Notes: generated from the sequence alone by a model not told the origin. A DNA stretch of 64,000 nt from Octopus vulgaris (GCA_951406725.2 OX597826.1:41850001-41914000), one strand, 5' to 3'. Counted from the stretch's first letter, positions 27,242 through 41,149 are shown. Numbers and translations are program-made.

Positions 27242-29144
27242 TCAGAAGCGCTGACGACGACAATGACGATGATATTGTGATAATGATGGTGATGAACCGA
27301 GTTATTTACATATTAATTAGTTGACAATGATGATGATGATAATGATGTCGATGTTGGGGCAATGAGTATAAAAAAGATTCATGCTGGCGATGACGGGGGT
27401 TGGATAGATAGCGGTGGTGATGTGGTGGCGTTGTCAGGATTTGTGGTTGCGGCGGCGACAGCGGTTGTGGTGATGAAGGCGTTGGTGCGGTTGACTGTGG
27501 TGGCTACCGTAGTGGCAGTGGTGGTGGTGGCGGAGGCGGCAGCGGTGGTGGCAGCGGTGGTGGCGGTGGTGGCGGTGGTGGTGGCGGTTGCAATTTCTCT
27601 TCATCTGACCGCGATCTGTGTTGCTTACTCATCGCTGTGGGGACGAGGCTGAGGAAATGTGTTGAGAGAGAAGCAGTTGTGATAACGGCGGTGTTAAATG
27701 GTGACAGAGGGAGTGATGGTAAAAGGTGATAGTGGTGGTAAATAATGGTGACTGTAGTGGTGGTGGTGGTGGTGGTGATTGTAGTTTTGGTTGTAGTGAT
27801 GGTGGTGGTGGTGACGGTGATGAGTCTCCAAGTTGAAGAATGAAAGTGTGTTTGGATGAAAGAGGGCGGAAAATGATAATCTATAACCGACATAAAACAA
27901 ACACATACACACATACATACACACACACACACACCCACATACACATACACAGACACATGTATAAGAACACACGCACATATAGGCCCACATGCAATTAACA
28001 GCAGACATACAGAGACACAGACACACATGTAATACAAAACTCATACACACCACACACCCACTAATAACCACGAATCCAGATACAATCAAACAAGCATGTA
28101 CACATCGGACAAACACACACACATACATAAACAGAAGCACACACTCACGCACATGTAGATACACACACACAAACAGTTACATACGCATACACACAGAGGA
28201 CGCATACACTCTAGATAGAGACATACACAGAGAAACACTATATCATTCAATCATCCATGCTCACACATACATACCAACACACACACACATCAACACGCAC
28301 GTAGACAAAGACAGTGCCCCCTTCATATAAAGTTATCTTCACCATTCTCCTATCCCCCCCTTATCATCCCTACTGTGCAACCCCACCACAAACAACACCA
28401 GCATTCGCCACTTTCCAATCCTTCTTACCCAGAACGTTATCCCACTGGAATTCCCTAACTGACCATATTATTGCAGCAATCATCAGCTAGCAATTGTTCA
28501 ACAACAACCTCAACGGGCTCTGATGGTCAGTCAAGGTTTTAAACGCAACTCCTTCGTCCAGACCGCCAATACAGTTTCAAGGGAATTATCAGTGTTTGGC
28601 CGCTGGTTGTTTTATTCGAACCACGTGATGGATCAGCTGATTAGAATATCTCCTAATTGATGAAGAGACGATCATTAGAAGCAGCGCCACATCCGATGCA
28701 CTGAATAAGAAGCAGTGACGGCCTTAAGCAGATCTATCCTGGAAATATGCAATCTGCGGTAGTAAAGTGCAGTAGCAGGGTGTACTAGAAGGGTAAACTG
28801 ACATGGTGGAGTACAGGATGTAGAAGAGTTCAAACTCTGTTGGTTCCTATTAACGGCTTTTCATTATGGGTCGGTGAAACTATTTCACGATATCCTCCAC
28901 AAAACCGTAATAAGATGAGGTGTGCATGGGGTGTGGTGCGAGGGTTGTAATAGAAGGCCATACTAGTCGCCATTGCAAAGCCCAAGGGAAATACATGGAG
29001 GAACTCTATTAAGCGGTTGGGAAATCAATGGCTGATTTCATTTATTCTGTTATCGATAAGGAGAAAACCGAAATGAAACCCGGTCAAGCGGATTTCGAAT
29101 TTTAAACAATAAAAATCGTTACAATATACATTCTGAGATACAGT

Positions 29145-29600
29145 CGTGGCTATGTGTGGTAAGAAGCTTGTTTCTCAGTCACATGGTCTCGAGGGTTCAG
29201 CTCCACTGCGTGATACCTTGAGCAAGTGTCTTCTAATGTAGCCTCGGTTCGACCAATGCCTTGAGAGCGGATTTGGTGAGTGGATTTGGAAACTAAAAGA
29301 AGCCTGTTGTATGTTTGTGTGTGTGGGGGGGGGGCGTTGTGTATGAATATGTGTGTGTGTGTGTCATTTTGTCTGTGATTGCCCCACCACCACTTGACAA
29401 CCATTGTTGGTTTGTTTACGTCCTCGTAACGCAGCGGTTCGGCAAAACGAAAGCAATAGAATAAGTACCAAGCCTTTAAAAAAAATCAATCCTGGGGTCA
29501 TTTCATTCGACTAAAAGACTTTCATCCTTTCGGAGTCGATAAATTAAGTACCAACGAAACACTGGGGTCGATGTAATCAATTTACCCCTATCCCCGAAAT
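29145..29600 (+). mobile_element. Diverged SINE family 2 copy fused to a family 1 core fragment
   Basis: tggctatgtgtggtaagaagcttg head, cttgagcaagtgtcttc, then ctttcatcctttcggagtcgataaattaagtacc at about 29519. Confidence 0.8.
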
Positions 29601-30465
29601 TGCTCCCTGGCTGAGTATTCCACACAGAATCAACATGACGCAGTGTATAATATGGTTGCAATAACTAGTGAATATCATTGGTAGAGGAAATGGCTGAAGA
29701 ATTCTGGAGACACTGGTACTCTTTACTTATATCGTGAAACAATGCTGTATGACTCGAAGTGCAACATGCTACATCTTTGGAATGACAAGCTCAGTGCTTA
29801 TGGAGTACTTCCACGCACCTTCTATCTATGGAAGAACTCTGAAGATACCACGGTAACACGATCGAATCCAGGTTCTGGTAATTGCTAAGTGAATTTCTTA
29901 AAGCTTCGGCGACAAATACCAAGAAGCTATGCATCTCCATTCAAACATACACGCAATCGCACGCGCATACACATAGGCACACATACACACATACAGACGT
30001 GCACATTCACCCATCCACCCACGCATACATAATCATGCAATAACAACAAACTTCTTAAGCAAAAGTCTTGCAAAAAGTATAAGGTGCAAAAAAAAAAAAA
30101 AAAAAAAAAGAGAGAAAAGAAATGAAAATTCAGGCGCTATAGACACACCAGGATATAATATACACGCTGAAATGTAAATATACCTTCAATGCCATATACA
30201 TCGAATAAAAGATAATACAGGAAACGTTGGAGGGAAATCATATAAAGGCTCGTGCACAGACGTATACAGTTGTGTATACATCAACACACCTCATATACTT
30301 CTACCCAGACGCACTATTTGCCTACCCACCTGTCTACATGCGAACGCGCACACACGCACTCCCTCTCTCTCACACAAAAACATATGCACGCACACACACA
30401 CACATACACACACATATATATATATATATACCTACATATATATGTATACGTATGTATATAGGTAT

Positions 30466-30496
<31 letters not shown>

Positions 30497-30573
30497 CACA
30501 CACACATACATACATACATACATACATACATACACATACACATACATATATATGTATTTCTGTGTGTAATCAA

Positions 30574-30691
<118 letters not shown>

Positions 30692-31978
30692 GTATGTATA
30701 ACTACATATATACATAAAAATAGATGATATATATGTATATATGTATATATATATATATACACACTTACGTATATGTATATTTATACACACACATACGTAC
30801 ACACATACACATATACTCTCGATCACGCACGCACCCAAAACTTATTGCGATTGAGCTGTGGGTGAAGACAAAGAGGGAAAAAGAAAGTGAATTAGAAAAG
30901 GAAGAAAAATAATATTAAAAGCATAAACTATTTGCACTGTGTGTGTATGCTGAAGAGGGTGGGGTAGAGAGAGAGAGAAGGGGAGAGGTAGAAGATGAGA
31001 GGGAGGGAGAAGGAGAGAGAGATATGGGTAGAAGGAGGAGGTGATGAGGAAAATGAATAGCATAAGAAGGGAAATACGAGATGGGGAAAAGAAGGAGGGC
31101 GAGATTAAGAAAGAGAATGAGAGAGAGAAGGGGTGAGAGAAGGGGTGAGATAGAGGGGTGAGATAGAGGGGTGAGGGAGAGAGAGAAAGAGAGTGAGAGG
31201 ATGATGGGGAATAGAATAAGTAAAGAAATATGAGAAGAGAGGATGAGAGACAGAGAGAGATAGAGAGAGGGAGAGGGAGAGGGAGAGAGAGAGGCTCAAC
31301 TCTAAGAAGAAAAATAAAAACGGGCAACGCGAAATGGTCCAGACTACCGCTTGCGCACTTACACACGCGCACACACATACACACAGAAAGACAAACATGC
31401 ATACATACATACACACACAAACAAAACAGACACATTTACACATACACATAGTATATGATTACGTATTCACCCATGATATGGCTATATCTATGTATATATA
31501 TATATATCTGGATACATGTGTATAAAATATATGTATGTATGTACGCATGCATACGTGCAGATATGTATATAAATAAATAAATAAATATATATACATATAT
31601 TTATATATATATATATATATGTCAAAAATGTATATATGCGTGTGTGCCATGAATGCATCAGTATACATACATGCATGTTGTGTGTGTAGATAGTAATACA
31701 CATACATGCATGCATGCGCACATATTAGTGCACAGATTTATATATGCATACATACGTGCATAAACGCCTGTATACTTATATGCATACATAATTCTATACA
31801 TATATGCATTCATAAATATGTAGATATGTGCTTAAAATAAATGCATTTATACATATAGATGTGAGGTGCACATGCATACACACACATATACATACATACA
31901 CACTTGCATGTGTGTGTGTTTGTGTGTTAATACTTATGGATGAATATATGTATATATACACACACACACACACATATA

Positions 31979-32026
<48 letters not shown>

Positions 32027-32670
32027 AAACCACACCGATATTTTTGTGGGGGTAGGTTTAATAGATGAGAGCATGGAGTATGGGTGGTGGGGGGAATAGG
32101 AGCGATATCGACAGAAAGTAGTTATTTCGCAATAAGACAGGAAAAAGCTGACGATGGGGTGGGATGGGGGTGGGGAAGTCGATGGGGGTAGGGCGTTCTT
32201 GGAGCGAGGACAGGGTGAAGAATAGGGTGGCTACAGGAAAATACGAGGAGTAAATAATAAATAAAGCACGAAATTGGGCCAAGTGGCCTAGTTTACCAAA
32301 ATATGTGAAGTAGATTGTCTCCCTAGGACCGCCACCACCTCCACCACCCCGCCGACAACCGTCGCCACCACCACCACCGCCAACACCACCAGCCGTCTAC
32401 TACACTGATACATCAAATCTTTTATTTTTATCTTCAATCCGGTCATACAACCACCATAACACATTTTTGGAGTGGAAAACACTGTCCCTTCTCTGTAGTT
32501 CCTCTTACTCTTTCTCTTTCTCCCCCTTTCTCTCTCCCCTCTATTTTTTTATCTCTTTGTATATGAATGGATGTGCTTAAATGCACACGCACACACACAC
32601 ACACACACACACATATTCATGCACTCACCACGTACACGCATATACGTACAAACTCATGTACGCATCTGTA

Positions 32671-33848
32671 CAGGATGTCCCAAAATAAAGGCGACCAACT
32701 TTTTTCAATTTTGCCAGAGCAGAATATTGTTATATTTCGGGTCCGAGTGTTGCAATGCAATGGCAAAGGAAACACAATTAAGACACTACCACATTTATTC
32801 GATATGACCACCTCTGTTTCGAATCTAGGTGCGAATGATTCACACACAGCATCCAGCTGCTCTTGCGGAATCGAAGCCCATGCCTGGAGCAGTTTTGCCT
32901 TCAGAGCGTCGAGTGAAGCACGAAGAGTGCCCAAGACACTCGTCTCTAGAATGGACCAAACATAAAAATCCAACGGGTTGAAATCGAGGCTTCTTGAGGG
33001 CCATGCATTTTCGCCTATGAACGACGGAATTTTTTTTCTTATGAATCCAATGTTGCGTTTGTTTGGAGCTGTGGGGTGGAGTCGAGTCCTGTTGGAAGCT
33101 CCAAGGTGCTCCTTGAAACTGCTCATTCAGTTCAGCTTCCAGAATGTCGCAAATGTATCGCTGAATGTTAATTTCAACACCCGAGGGCACAAAAATGAGA
33201 GAAGACCTTCCAGTGGCTGTCACAGCCGCCCAAACCATAACTGATTGTGGATTTTGACGTCGATTTACGGGTCTATCCCCGGTGGAGACAAATACATTCC
33301 AAAGTTGGTCATTCTGGTGGTCTAGTGTCTGTTCGATGACAAATTTCTTGTCACCAGTGAAGACTAGGTTGGGCAACGTACCTTCAGCCATCTAACGTAG
33401 GATAAGACGACTTCTCTTCAGTCTCATGGCCTTGCGTGAGCTCATGGCAGCAGATCATCTTGTAGGAGTGAGTTCTGAGATCCTCCTTCAGCACTCGATA
33501 CATCGATGTTTGGCTTATTTTTGCTGCGGCAGCCAGTTTTCTGACGGAACGACCAAGATTTCGCCGTATCTTTTCTCTCGTGCTTTTGATAAGCTGAAGG
33601 ATCCGCACACTTCTTTTTCTGCCACGTCCTGGTCGATCAGCGGTGGAACCAGTTTCTTGAATTTTCTTGACGATTTTTCAGACTATTGTTCGGTTAATTT
33701 TAAACTTTTTTGCTATAGCTGTATTACTTTCACCTACTTTGTAGTGTGTAATGATTATATTTTGGCCTATAGCCATTATTATCTTATCTTATTTATTGAT
33801 TGCTATTAAAGCCTGAAACTTTGGTTGCCTTAATTTCGGGATACCCTG
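32671..33848 (-). mobile_element. Tc1/mariner superfamily element, DD37D (maT-type) transposase pseudogene
   Basis: TA-flanked TIR caggatgtcccaaaataaaggcgaccaa / ttggttgccttaatttcgggataccctg; VFTGDKKF, SVMVWAAV, FQQD..WPSRSLDFNPLD with 37 residues between the last two D after one frameshift. Confidence 0.9.
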
Positions 33849-33883
33849 TATATGTATTTTGTTTAGTTATTAAGTTATAAATG

Positions 33884-33924
<41 letters not shown>

Positions 33925-34224
33925 ACACACATATACTCACACACTCACACACACGTACACATTTATTTTCACATATACATGTATGTATATATGTATTTAT
34001 AATACAAAATTATATATATCATATGATATATTATACTAATGTAAATTGGGCAACAACCTGGTCTATTCCATATGCAGCACTCAATGTGTATTCCCGGCTA
34101 TCAACACGTTAAGATACGTATTTAAAGAAGTCCACTGGCGCAGGAACTCCAGGTTGTTATCACTAGGGTGTAAGTATTTCGCAGAGTTACGCATAAGACA
34201 TGGAGAAAAATGAAGGTACCATTT

Positions 34225-35275
34225 AGCGTCGACTGAAAAGTTCATAGGCTGATCAAGATATTCGCGTGGAAAGTTGAAAGTGTTAAGTGATAAAACGGGG
34301 TTTATTTTTCAACATAATCCCACCCCGCTTTGCGGTTCACACACTTCTTCCATCGGTGTTGCAATGCATGGATACCATTGGTGAAGAAACCGTCATCCTG
34401 TTGGTCAAAATGTTATTAACAGCAGATGTGACGTCATCACTGCTATGCTGGTTCCTAGCCATATGCGTTTTCATGTTAGAGAACAGATGACAGTCAGATG
34501 GGCCCAATTCAGGAGAATAGAGAATGGTGATCAACCAGTTCAAAACGTCAGTTACGCACGGTAGTCATTAAAACCAAAGACTCGCGTGTCACAGCGTTAT
34601 CCTGATGAAACAAAACCCCTTTCGTCGGTTTTCCTGGCCGTTTGGTCTTCATAGCCTTTCGTAACTACGTCAGCAAGTTGGCATAGTACTCTCCATTGAT
34701 GGTGTGGCCGTTTTGAAGGTAGTCAATAAACATAATGCTTTTTGCATCCAAAAAACGGAGGCCATCACCTTCCCTGCTAATGAAACAACCTTGGACCTTT
34801 TTGGAGTAAGTAAGGTGGAGTATTCCATTGCATGAATTTGTCTCTGGCTCAATGTAATGAGTAGCATTGGCTATGTGATCTATAGTCAATCGCTTGTCAT
34901 CCATCAACAAGTGGCGAACACGATGTTTTCTTTCGTGGTAGAAGTTGTAGAACGTCCAGGCCTTGGGTCATTTTCAAAATTCGTCCTTCTCCTACATCTA
35001 GCTGCTCACTTTCGTACCGTTGATAATGCTGGAGCATCATCTCGTAATGTAACAATCATGTCAGCATGAATGTTGTTAGGGGCTAAACCCTTTTTCTGTA
35101 GATACTTAATAATACCACAATGCCAAATTTTCTCCCTTTTCAAGAGAAGTGGCTACTAGTTACATTTGAAGTGTTCTTTGAACAGCCAGATGTTAGTTTA
35201 CATGGAAAGAAGCAATGCAGTTATTAATAAGAACTTCATATGGGTAATACTGGAGCTTTTCAGCCCATCCTTGCA
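34225..35275 (-). mobile_element. Decayed mariner element
   Basis: AGKVMASVFW/DAKSIMFIDYL..GHTINGEYYANLL and YSPELGPSDCHLF (YSPDLAPSD motif); degenerate TIR ctgaaaag / cttttcag. Confidence 0.88.
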
Positions 35276-35690
35276 AGTTAAATATTGGTTACAGTTATTT
35301 CAGTACCACTCCGCTTCGAACCTCATTAATTACAAATGACTACATGTGACAAATGATACATTTATAATACATGTTAGCCATGTTTCGTAAGTGTCCCAAG
35401 AGGTGCCATTCCTCACTATTTACCATGTATAAATTTATTTATGTTTTGTAGAATGTATAGCAAACGTTGCTATTGTGTATGGTATGGTATGTATGGTAAT
35501 TTATGACGCATAGTTATTTATATATAATATGGAGTCCAACTGAAACAATTGTAACCAATTGTCCAACTTGTGTTATATTGATATCTCCATCTTGGTGGTC
35601 TTATATATAAATATTTGTGTGTGTGTGTGTGTAGGTATGTGTGTGTGTATATATGTGTGTGTATTCATGTATGTAAATCTCTCTCTCTAT

Positions 35691-35787
<97 letters not shown>

Positions 35788-35840
35788 GTCTGGTTACTTT
35801 TGAGGTCTGTTATGAATATTACTGGGAACATGTGCAATCA

Positions 35841-36095
35841 TGTACAACAATCTAGTACAATCTGATGCATGGACGGGTCGTCGGCGACCAAATTGGCAAC
35901 CCCACTAAGCTTGTCTGGTGAGGAGGGTTGCGACAAGCCTACCTCCTAGACTAAAAACAAGACCTGTTAAAAGGACAGATTAACCTAGTGTAGGATCAAC
36001 GATTATCTAGCAATAGCCCGGACCCTAAAAAATTACGGGTTGGTATTCGGCATGCTGGAAGACCACTGGCTGTGAGGCAGCTCTCATCTTTCGTT
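35841..36095 (+). repeat. RTE-5'UTR-like repeat with possible decayed HDV-like ribozyme
   Basis: Second copy at 25640-25893; GG-GTCG-TCGG-CGA-C(C/T)AA module. Confidence 0.5.
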
Positions 36096-36288
36096 AAAGT
36101 ATGTTTCTAGACAGTAACTGTGATATAAAACCGGATACGCAGGGAATAGCATTAGACATTTTGAGAATATTTTGCTTGCGTTTGAGTTCATGCCGCTCCC
36201 ACATTCATGAGACTGCAACCCATATCGGCACTGAATATTTTGCCTTGGATTGTGTCTTGATCATGTCAATAGGATGCAGAGGGTCAGT

Positions 36289-36528
36289 GATGTGTTGTGC
36301 TCACCTTATTGGGCCTAAATTTTAAGTTGCGCGATCGCCAACGAGGCGACTTTCCGATGTCTGATTGAGTAGGAGGGCACCACGACAAGAACGGAAACCG
36401 CGAGGCGAACCTAGACGAAGCCGACCGCGGGTACAATAGCCTCTTGCACCGAAGTAGCTCGCATTTTGCATGGACAATGGTCAGTGATGGTCTTTCTCAG
36501 TCAATGACTGACAGCCCTCATGTATACA
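36289..36528 (+). repeat. About 220-240 nt interspersed repeat, copy 1
   Basis: Matches the reverse complement of 39650-39867 with permuted segment order. Confidence 0.8.
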
Positions 36529-37020
36529 TAAAAAGTGAGCTGATGCCGTGTAATGGAACAAAAGTATAAACAGCCAGTCATCGGCTACCAAGTCTATTTA
36601 TAACATATTTATATAACATTTAAAGAGAAATGCAAAAACAAAACAAACTTGGAATTGATAGAAATTTTGTTTTTCCGCTTTTTGCTTCCACTTATGACAT
36701 CGTTAATCTACTTACCTAAGACATATTTACACCAAGGACTTCCTTTTTATCTTATCGAGGAGAGTACCTACCTACATCTGAACTATTATAAACTTTCCAC
36801 ATTCCAGACTATTCCTGGTTTCCATATATATATATACATATAAAGCTTCCCGTTATATATATATATATATATATAAGGTAAAAGCGAAAACTACTTTCTG
36901 TGTCTCAGTATGTCACACTTAATCCTTCTCTTTCACTATTCAACGATACTCCTACTATTCCTCATGATGAGGTGAGACTAATAGCAGGCATAGAGACGGT
37001 GAGGGCGGTGGCGAAGACAA

Positions 37021-37053
<33 letters not shown>

Positions 37054-37240
37054 CAAAAAGGGAGGGAGAGAAAGAGAGACAAAGTAATTTAGGGAAAATT
37101 GATGTTTTATTAAAAGTAGTAATGTTGATTGTGGCAGTAGGAGTAATAATAAAAGAGAGAGAAAGAGTGGGTATGTGAAAGAAAGAGGGAGATGATATAC
37201 AACTTTGTTTAACCATGTCTCTGAGAGCAACTCCTGTCGC

Positions 37241-37570
37241 CTGTGAGCTGGCAGAAACGTTAGCACGCCGGCCGAAATACGTAGCTGTATTTCGTCTGAC
37301 GTATGTTCTGAGTTCAAATTCCGCCGAGGGCGACTTTGCCTTTCATCCTTTCGGGGTCGATAAATTAAGTACCAGTTGCGTACTGGGGTCGATGCAATCG
37401 ACTTAATCCGTTTGTCTGTCCTTGTTTGTCCCCTCTGTGTTTAGCCTCTTGAGGGTAGTAAAGAAATAGGTATTTCGTCTGTCTTTACGTTCTGAGTTCA
37501 AATTCCGCTGAGGTCGACTTTGCCTTTAAGTACCAGTTTTGGTCCTTGTTCCTAGAGTTAATATAAGAAA
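37241..37570 (+). mobile_element. SINE family 1 dimer
   Basis: Head, core, tail A, ggtatttcgtctgtc junction; flanking duplication tcctgtcgcc. Confidence 0.9.
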
Positions 37571-38040
37571 TTCCTGTCGCCAAAATACCGAACTCTATCA
37601 TTTTTTGTTTTATTTTTTTGCTTTCATTAATAATAAAGCTACCCCAAAATTAAACATATCCAATATATAGCAAATGTGAATGTCAGTGTGTCACAGTTTT
37701 TCAACTTTAATAAATCTTTTCTACTGGAAGAACAAGGACTCGAATTTTGGGGATAGAGATTACATCGACCCCAGTATGTAACTGGTGCTAACTTTATCGT
37801 CCTGAAAGGATGACATGCTAAGTCGATCTCGGCGCACACACACATAAAAGAAAAAAGACGAGAAAGATTCTCTAAATCTAGTTACACTAGCTTACGTAGG
37901 TTTCATTAAAAAGTATGCTCATATTTGTTACACAATGCAAATTAAATATTGAAGACTTGTGAAATCGTCAAGGAGATGGCTAGCGACAATATACGTATAC
38001 GTTTATGTGTTTGCTTATATACATATATATATATATATAT

Positions 38041-38467
38041 AGGCGCAGGAGTGGCTGTGTGGTAAGTAGCTTGCTAACCAACCACATGGTTCCGGGTTCA
38101 GTCCCACTGCGTGGCATCTTGGGCAAGTGTCTTCTGCTATAGCCCCGGGCCGACCAATGCCTTGTGAGTGGATTTGGTAGACGGAAACTGAAAGAAGCCT
38201 GTCGTATATATGTATATATATATATATATGTATGCGTGTGTGTGTGTGTGTTTGTGTGTCTGTGTTTGTCCCCCTAGCATTGCTTGACAACCGATGCTGG
38301 TGTGTTTACGTCCCCGTCCCTTAGCGGTTCGGCAAAAGAGACCGATAGAATAAGTACTGGGCTTACAAAGAATAAGTCCCGGGGTCGATTTGCTCGACTA
38401 AAGGCGGTGCTCCAGCATGGCCGCAGTCAAATGACTGAAACAAGTAAAAGAGTAAAGAGTAAAGAGT
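38041..38467 (+). mobile_element. Full-length SINE family 2 (tRNA head, CORE-like cttgggcaagt, internal TA/TG tract)
   Basis: A box TGGCTGTGTGG, B box GGTTCAGTCCC, tail (aaagagt)n. Confidence 0.93.
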
Positions 38468-38473
38468 ATATAT

Positions 38474-39648
38474 ACACCCAGAACCACGCTAATAGCTTAG
38501 GAGTGAAATTTAGGATTTCTCGGTTTTCTGTAAATCGATTTTGATAAAACTTTTCCCAGCTGGTTTGCACTCTATGGCAACACTATTGTTATGTTTTCTT
38601 TATTCTGTGTAACGTCCTTTTATTTTTTATATTTCAGATTCTTCACTTTTTGGGTGAGCCACTCGAATAGCTTTTGAATGAAAATAACTTATATAGACAT
38701 TTATTTTCAGAAAATGAAGGCTAATGATACATATTACGCCTACATTGAATATATATGTAACAGAAAACCATAATAATGTTATAGTATTTATCGACATAAT
38801 GAACTATTTAGCCACATGAGCGTCATTTCGACGGATAACTTCAAAAACTCTATTAGTCATGGAATCCGTCAATTTCTTAATAGTAGCAAGTTGGACTGCC
38901 TCTGCTGCAGCTTTGATGGTCGCCCATAAAACATCTTTCTTCGTAAATTGGCGTCCATCGGCATAAACATCCTTGTTTAATGATGGACCAAAGATTTTCG
39001 ATAGGATTGAGATTCGGAGTTACTAACGGCCAAGCCTTATAAGCTGTAAGACCCTAGGAATGTTTGGGTGATCCTAGAAGAGAGGGAGGGAGTGTTGTCA
39101 TGCTTGAATACGAGATTTCTTAGAAGTGACAACAGTATGTCATCTAGCCAGGGATCCAAGACCTCCTTCAGGAAGTTGCAGTAGGCGGCTGCGGTCACTT
39201 TAATCTCTTCAGGCAGCCTGACTGGGCCAACAAGTCTGTCCCCAATTATACCAGCCCAGAACATCATTCCTCCTACTCTGTTGTTGACATTGTAAACGTT
39301 GGTGATACTCAACTCCAAAATAGACCCAACCCTTTACCCAACCGGCAGGTTCGTCAAGGGTCTCCCTGGTTTCGTTAGTGAACAGAACATAACTCATGTC
39401 TAACGTCATGTACTGTTGGGCTCACTGAAGCCTGAAACTCCTGTGAGGAGGCAGTTTCAGGGGCTCTCGCGCGGAAGCCATGGCCCCGAGGATGCGATTT
39501 CTGATGGATTTCGGTGCATGCAGTTGTCTGGTTCCAGTGAAAATGGCCTTGCTTGTTTGGTCAGGTTTCCCACATAACTTGAGGTCAATATTCCTTAAAT
39601 CCCTAGCTGTCACAGTCTTGTAGGTTCCACAATCGGATCATTTCTTCC
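38474..39648 (-). mobile_element. Tc1-like (DD34E-type) transposase pseudogene, 5' end missing
   Basis: VLFTNETR, GGMMFWAGIIGDRLVGP, FKHDNTPS, PNLNPIENLWSII. Confidence 0.88.
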
Positions 39649-39649
39649 T

Positions 39650-39867
39650 TGGCGATAGCACATCTTAAATCTTAGGCCCGATAAGGTGTGCACATGATGG
39701 CTGTCCAGTCGTGACCGAGGATGACCATCACTGACCATAGCCCAGGCAAAATATTACCAAAGCCGGTGCATGAGACTGTTACACCTGCGGTTTCCGTTCT
39801 TATCGCGGTGCCCTCCTATTCAACCGGACATAGGAAAGTGGCCTTGCTGGCGATCGCACAACACATC
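39650..39867 (-). repeat. About 220 nt interspersed repeat, copy 2 (permuted relative to copy 1)
   Basis: Reverse complement shares gcgatcgcca..actttcc..taggagggcacc..aagaacggaaaccgc..atggtcagtgatggtc with 36289-36528. Confidence 0.8.
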
Positions 39868-40850
39868 CTCTAAAGTATAACTACAGTCTGACAAATTTCG
39901 CTTATAATATTTAGAGTCATTATAAGTGCCAGGCAATGGCATTGAACCAAGAACCGAATGATGGCGAAGTGGTCTTCTTTACCGTCCGCAATGTTTGCAC
40001 GCACCAACATAAATATACAATGCACACATACACACATACAATTACGCAAACACATGTGTGTGTGTATATATAAATATATATATATATATGCATATATATG
40101 TGTGTGTGTATGTGTCTCGAGTGTGTGTGCGTTTATTTGTCATTGTAATTGCGTGTGCGTGGCTGGCTTAAAAGTGTGAATTTATTTCTATTTGTGCAGG
40201 CGTATGACAAATTGAGGACACAACAACAGCAGCAGAGGAGGAGGAGGAACCTGGGTGAGAGTGACTACGATGGTAATAAGGTCTTTTACAATGGCCCCCA
40301 TCACCACCACTAACTCTTCTCTCCATTATCTCTCTCTCTCTCTCCCTCTCTCTCTCTCGCTCTCTCTCCCTCAGAGTCGTTCATTCTATCTATTTACCCT
40401 TCCTTCTCTACTTTCCCCTTCTTTATGTCTCATATATCACTTAGCAGCTCTTTTGCAAGCCGACTGTCAACAGCCTAACATTGCAACATGTGCCACACAA
40501 GTTTATTAATAGACAGAGGGAATCCACCGACCAAACCTCCATCTCACACCACCACCACCACCAGCTCCTCCACCTTTCTCACTGTCCCGTTATTTAAAAT
40601 GTCGCATTTCGAGTTATTCAAGGTTTTGGGTAACCCTAACCATCAACGACCACCACCTCATAAAGATTATCCACTAACCTAACTAATGGTGCTGTACTAC
40701 TTGCAGTAAAAGCATTACAAAACTTGTTTCAAGTATGAAATAATGTCAAACAGTATTTAGTTTCGTTTCTGTGCGTTCTGAGTTCAAATCCCTCCCGTGT
40801 CAACTTTCTATTTAATATTTCCTCGGTTAAGTAAAATGAATTATCATAAA

Positions 40851-41149
40851 CTAGCAGTATCGCCCGGCGTTGCTCGGGTTTGTAAGGGAAATAACTATAC
40901 AGCATTTTTAGAGAGTTATAGCCAAAAAATAGCAAAAAAATGCATTAAAAATGGAAAAATATTATAGTAAATTATTTTTTAAAGCGTAGACTCATTGTAG
41001 ACGCGCGCTAATACCCAGAAGGGCTCGATATGAATCACGACTATAAGATACCCGGTTTTGGTTAAACTGCACCGCAAAATGTGGGAGTAGTTAGGAATCT
41101 AAATCGTAGGAGACAGACACTCACACAACTTCACTTTTATATATAAAGA
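40851..41149 (-). mobile_element. Non-autonomous Helitron, inserted in an old SINE family 1 copy
   Basis: Minus strand A|TCTTTATATATAAAAG ... cccgagcaacgccggg hairpin ... CTAG|T; no TSD. Confidence 0.9.

Noticed and set aside
27050-27850. His/Pro/Thr-rich ORFs with possible splice acceptors
   Set aside because: Degenerate CAC/CAT trinucleotide fields, stops in candidate frames, no domain; an exon cannot be excluded without RNA-seq
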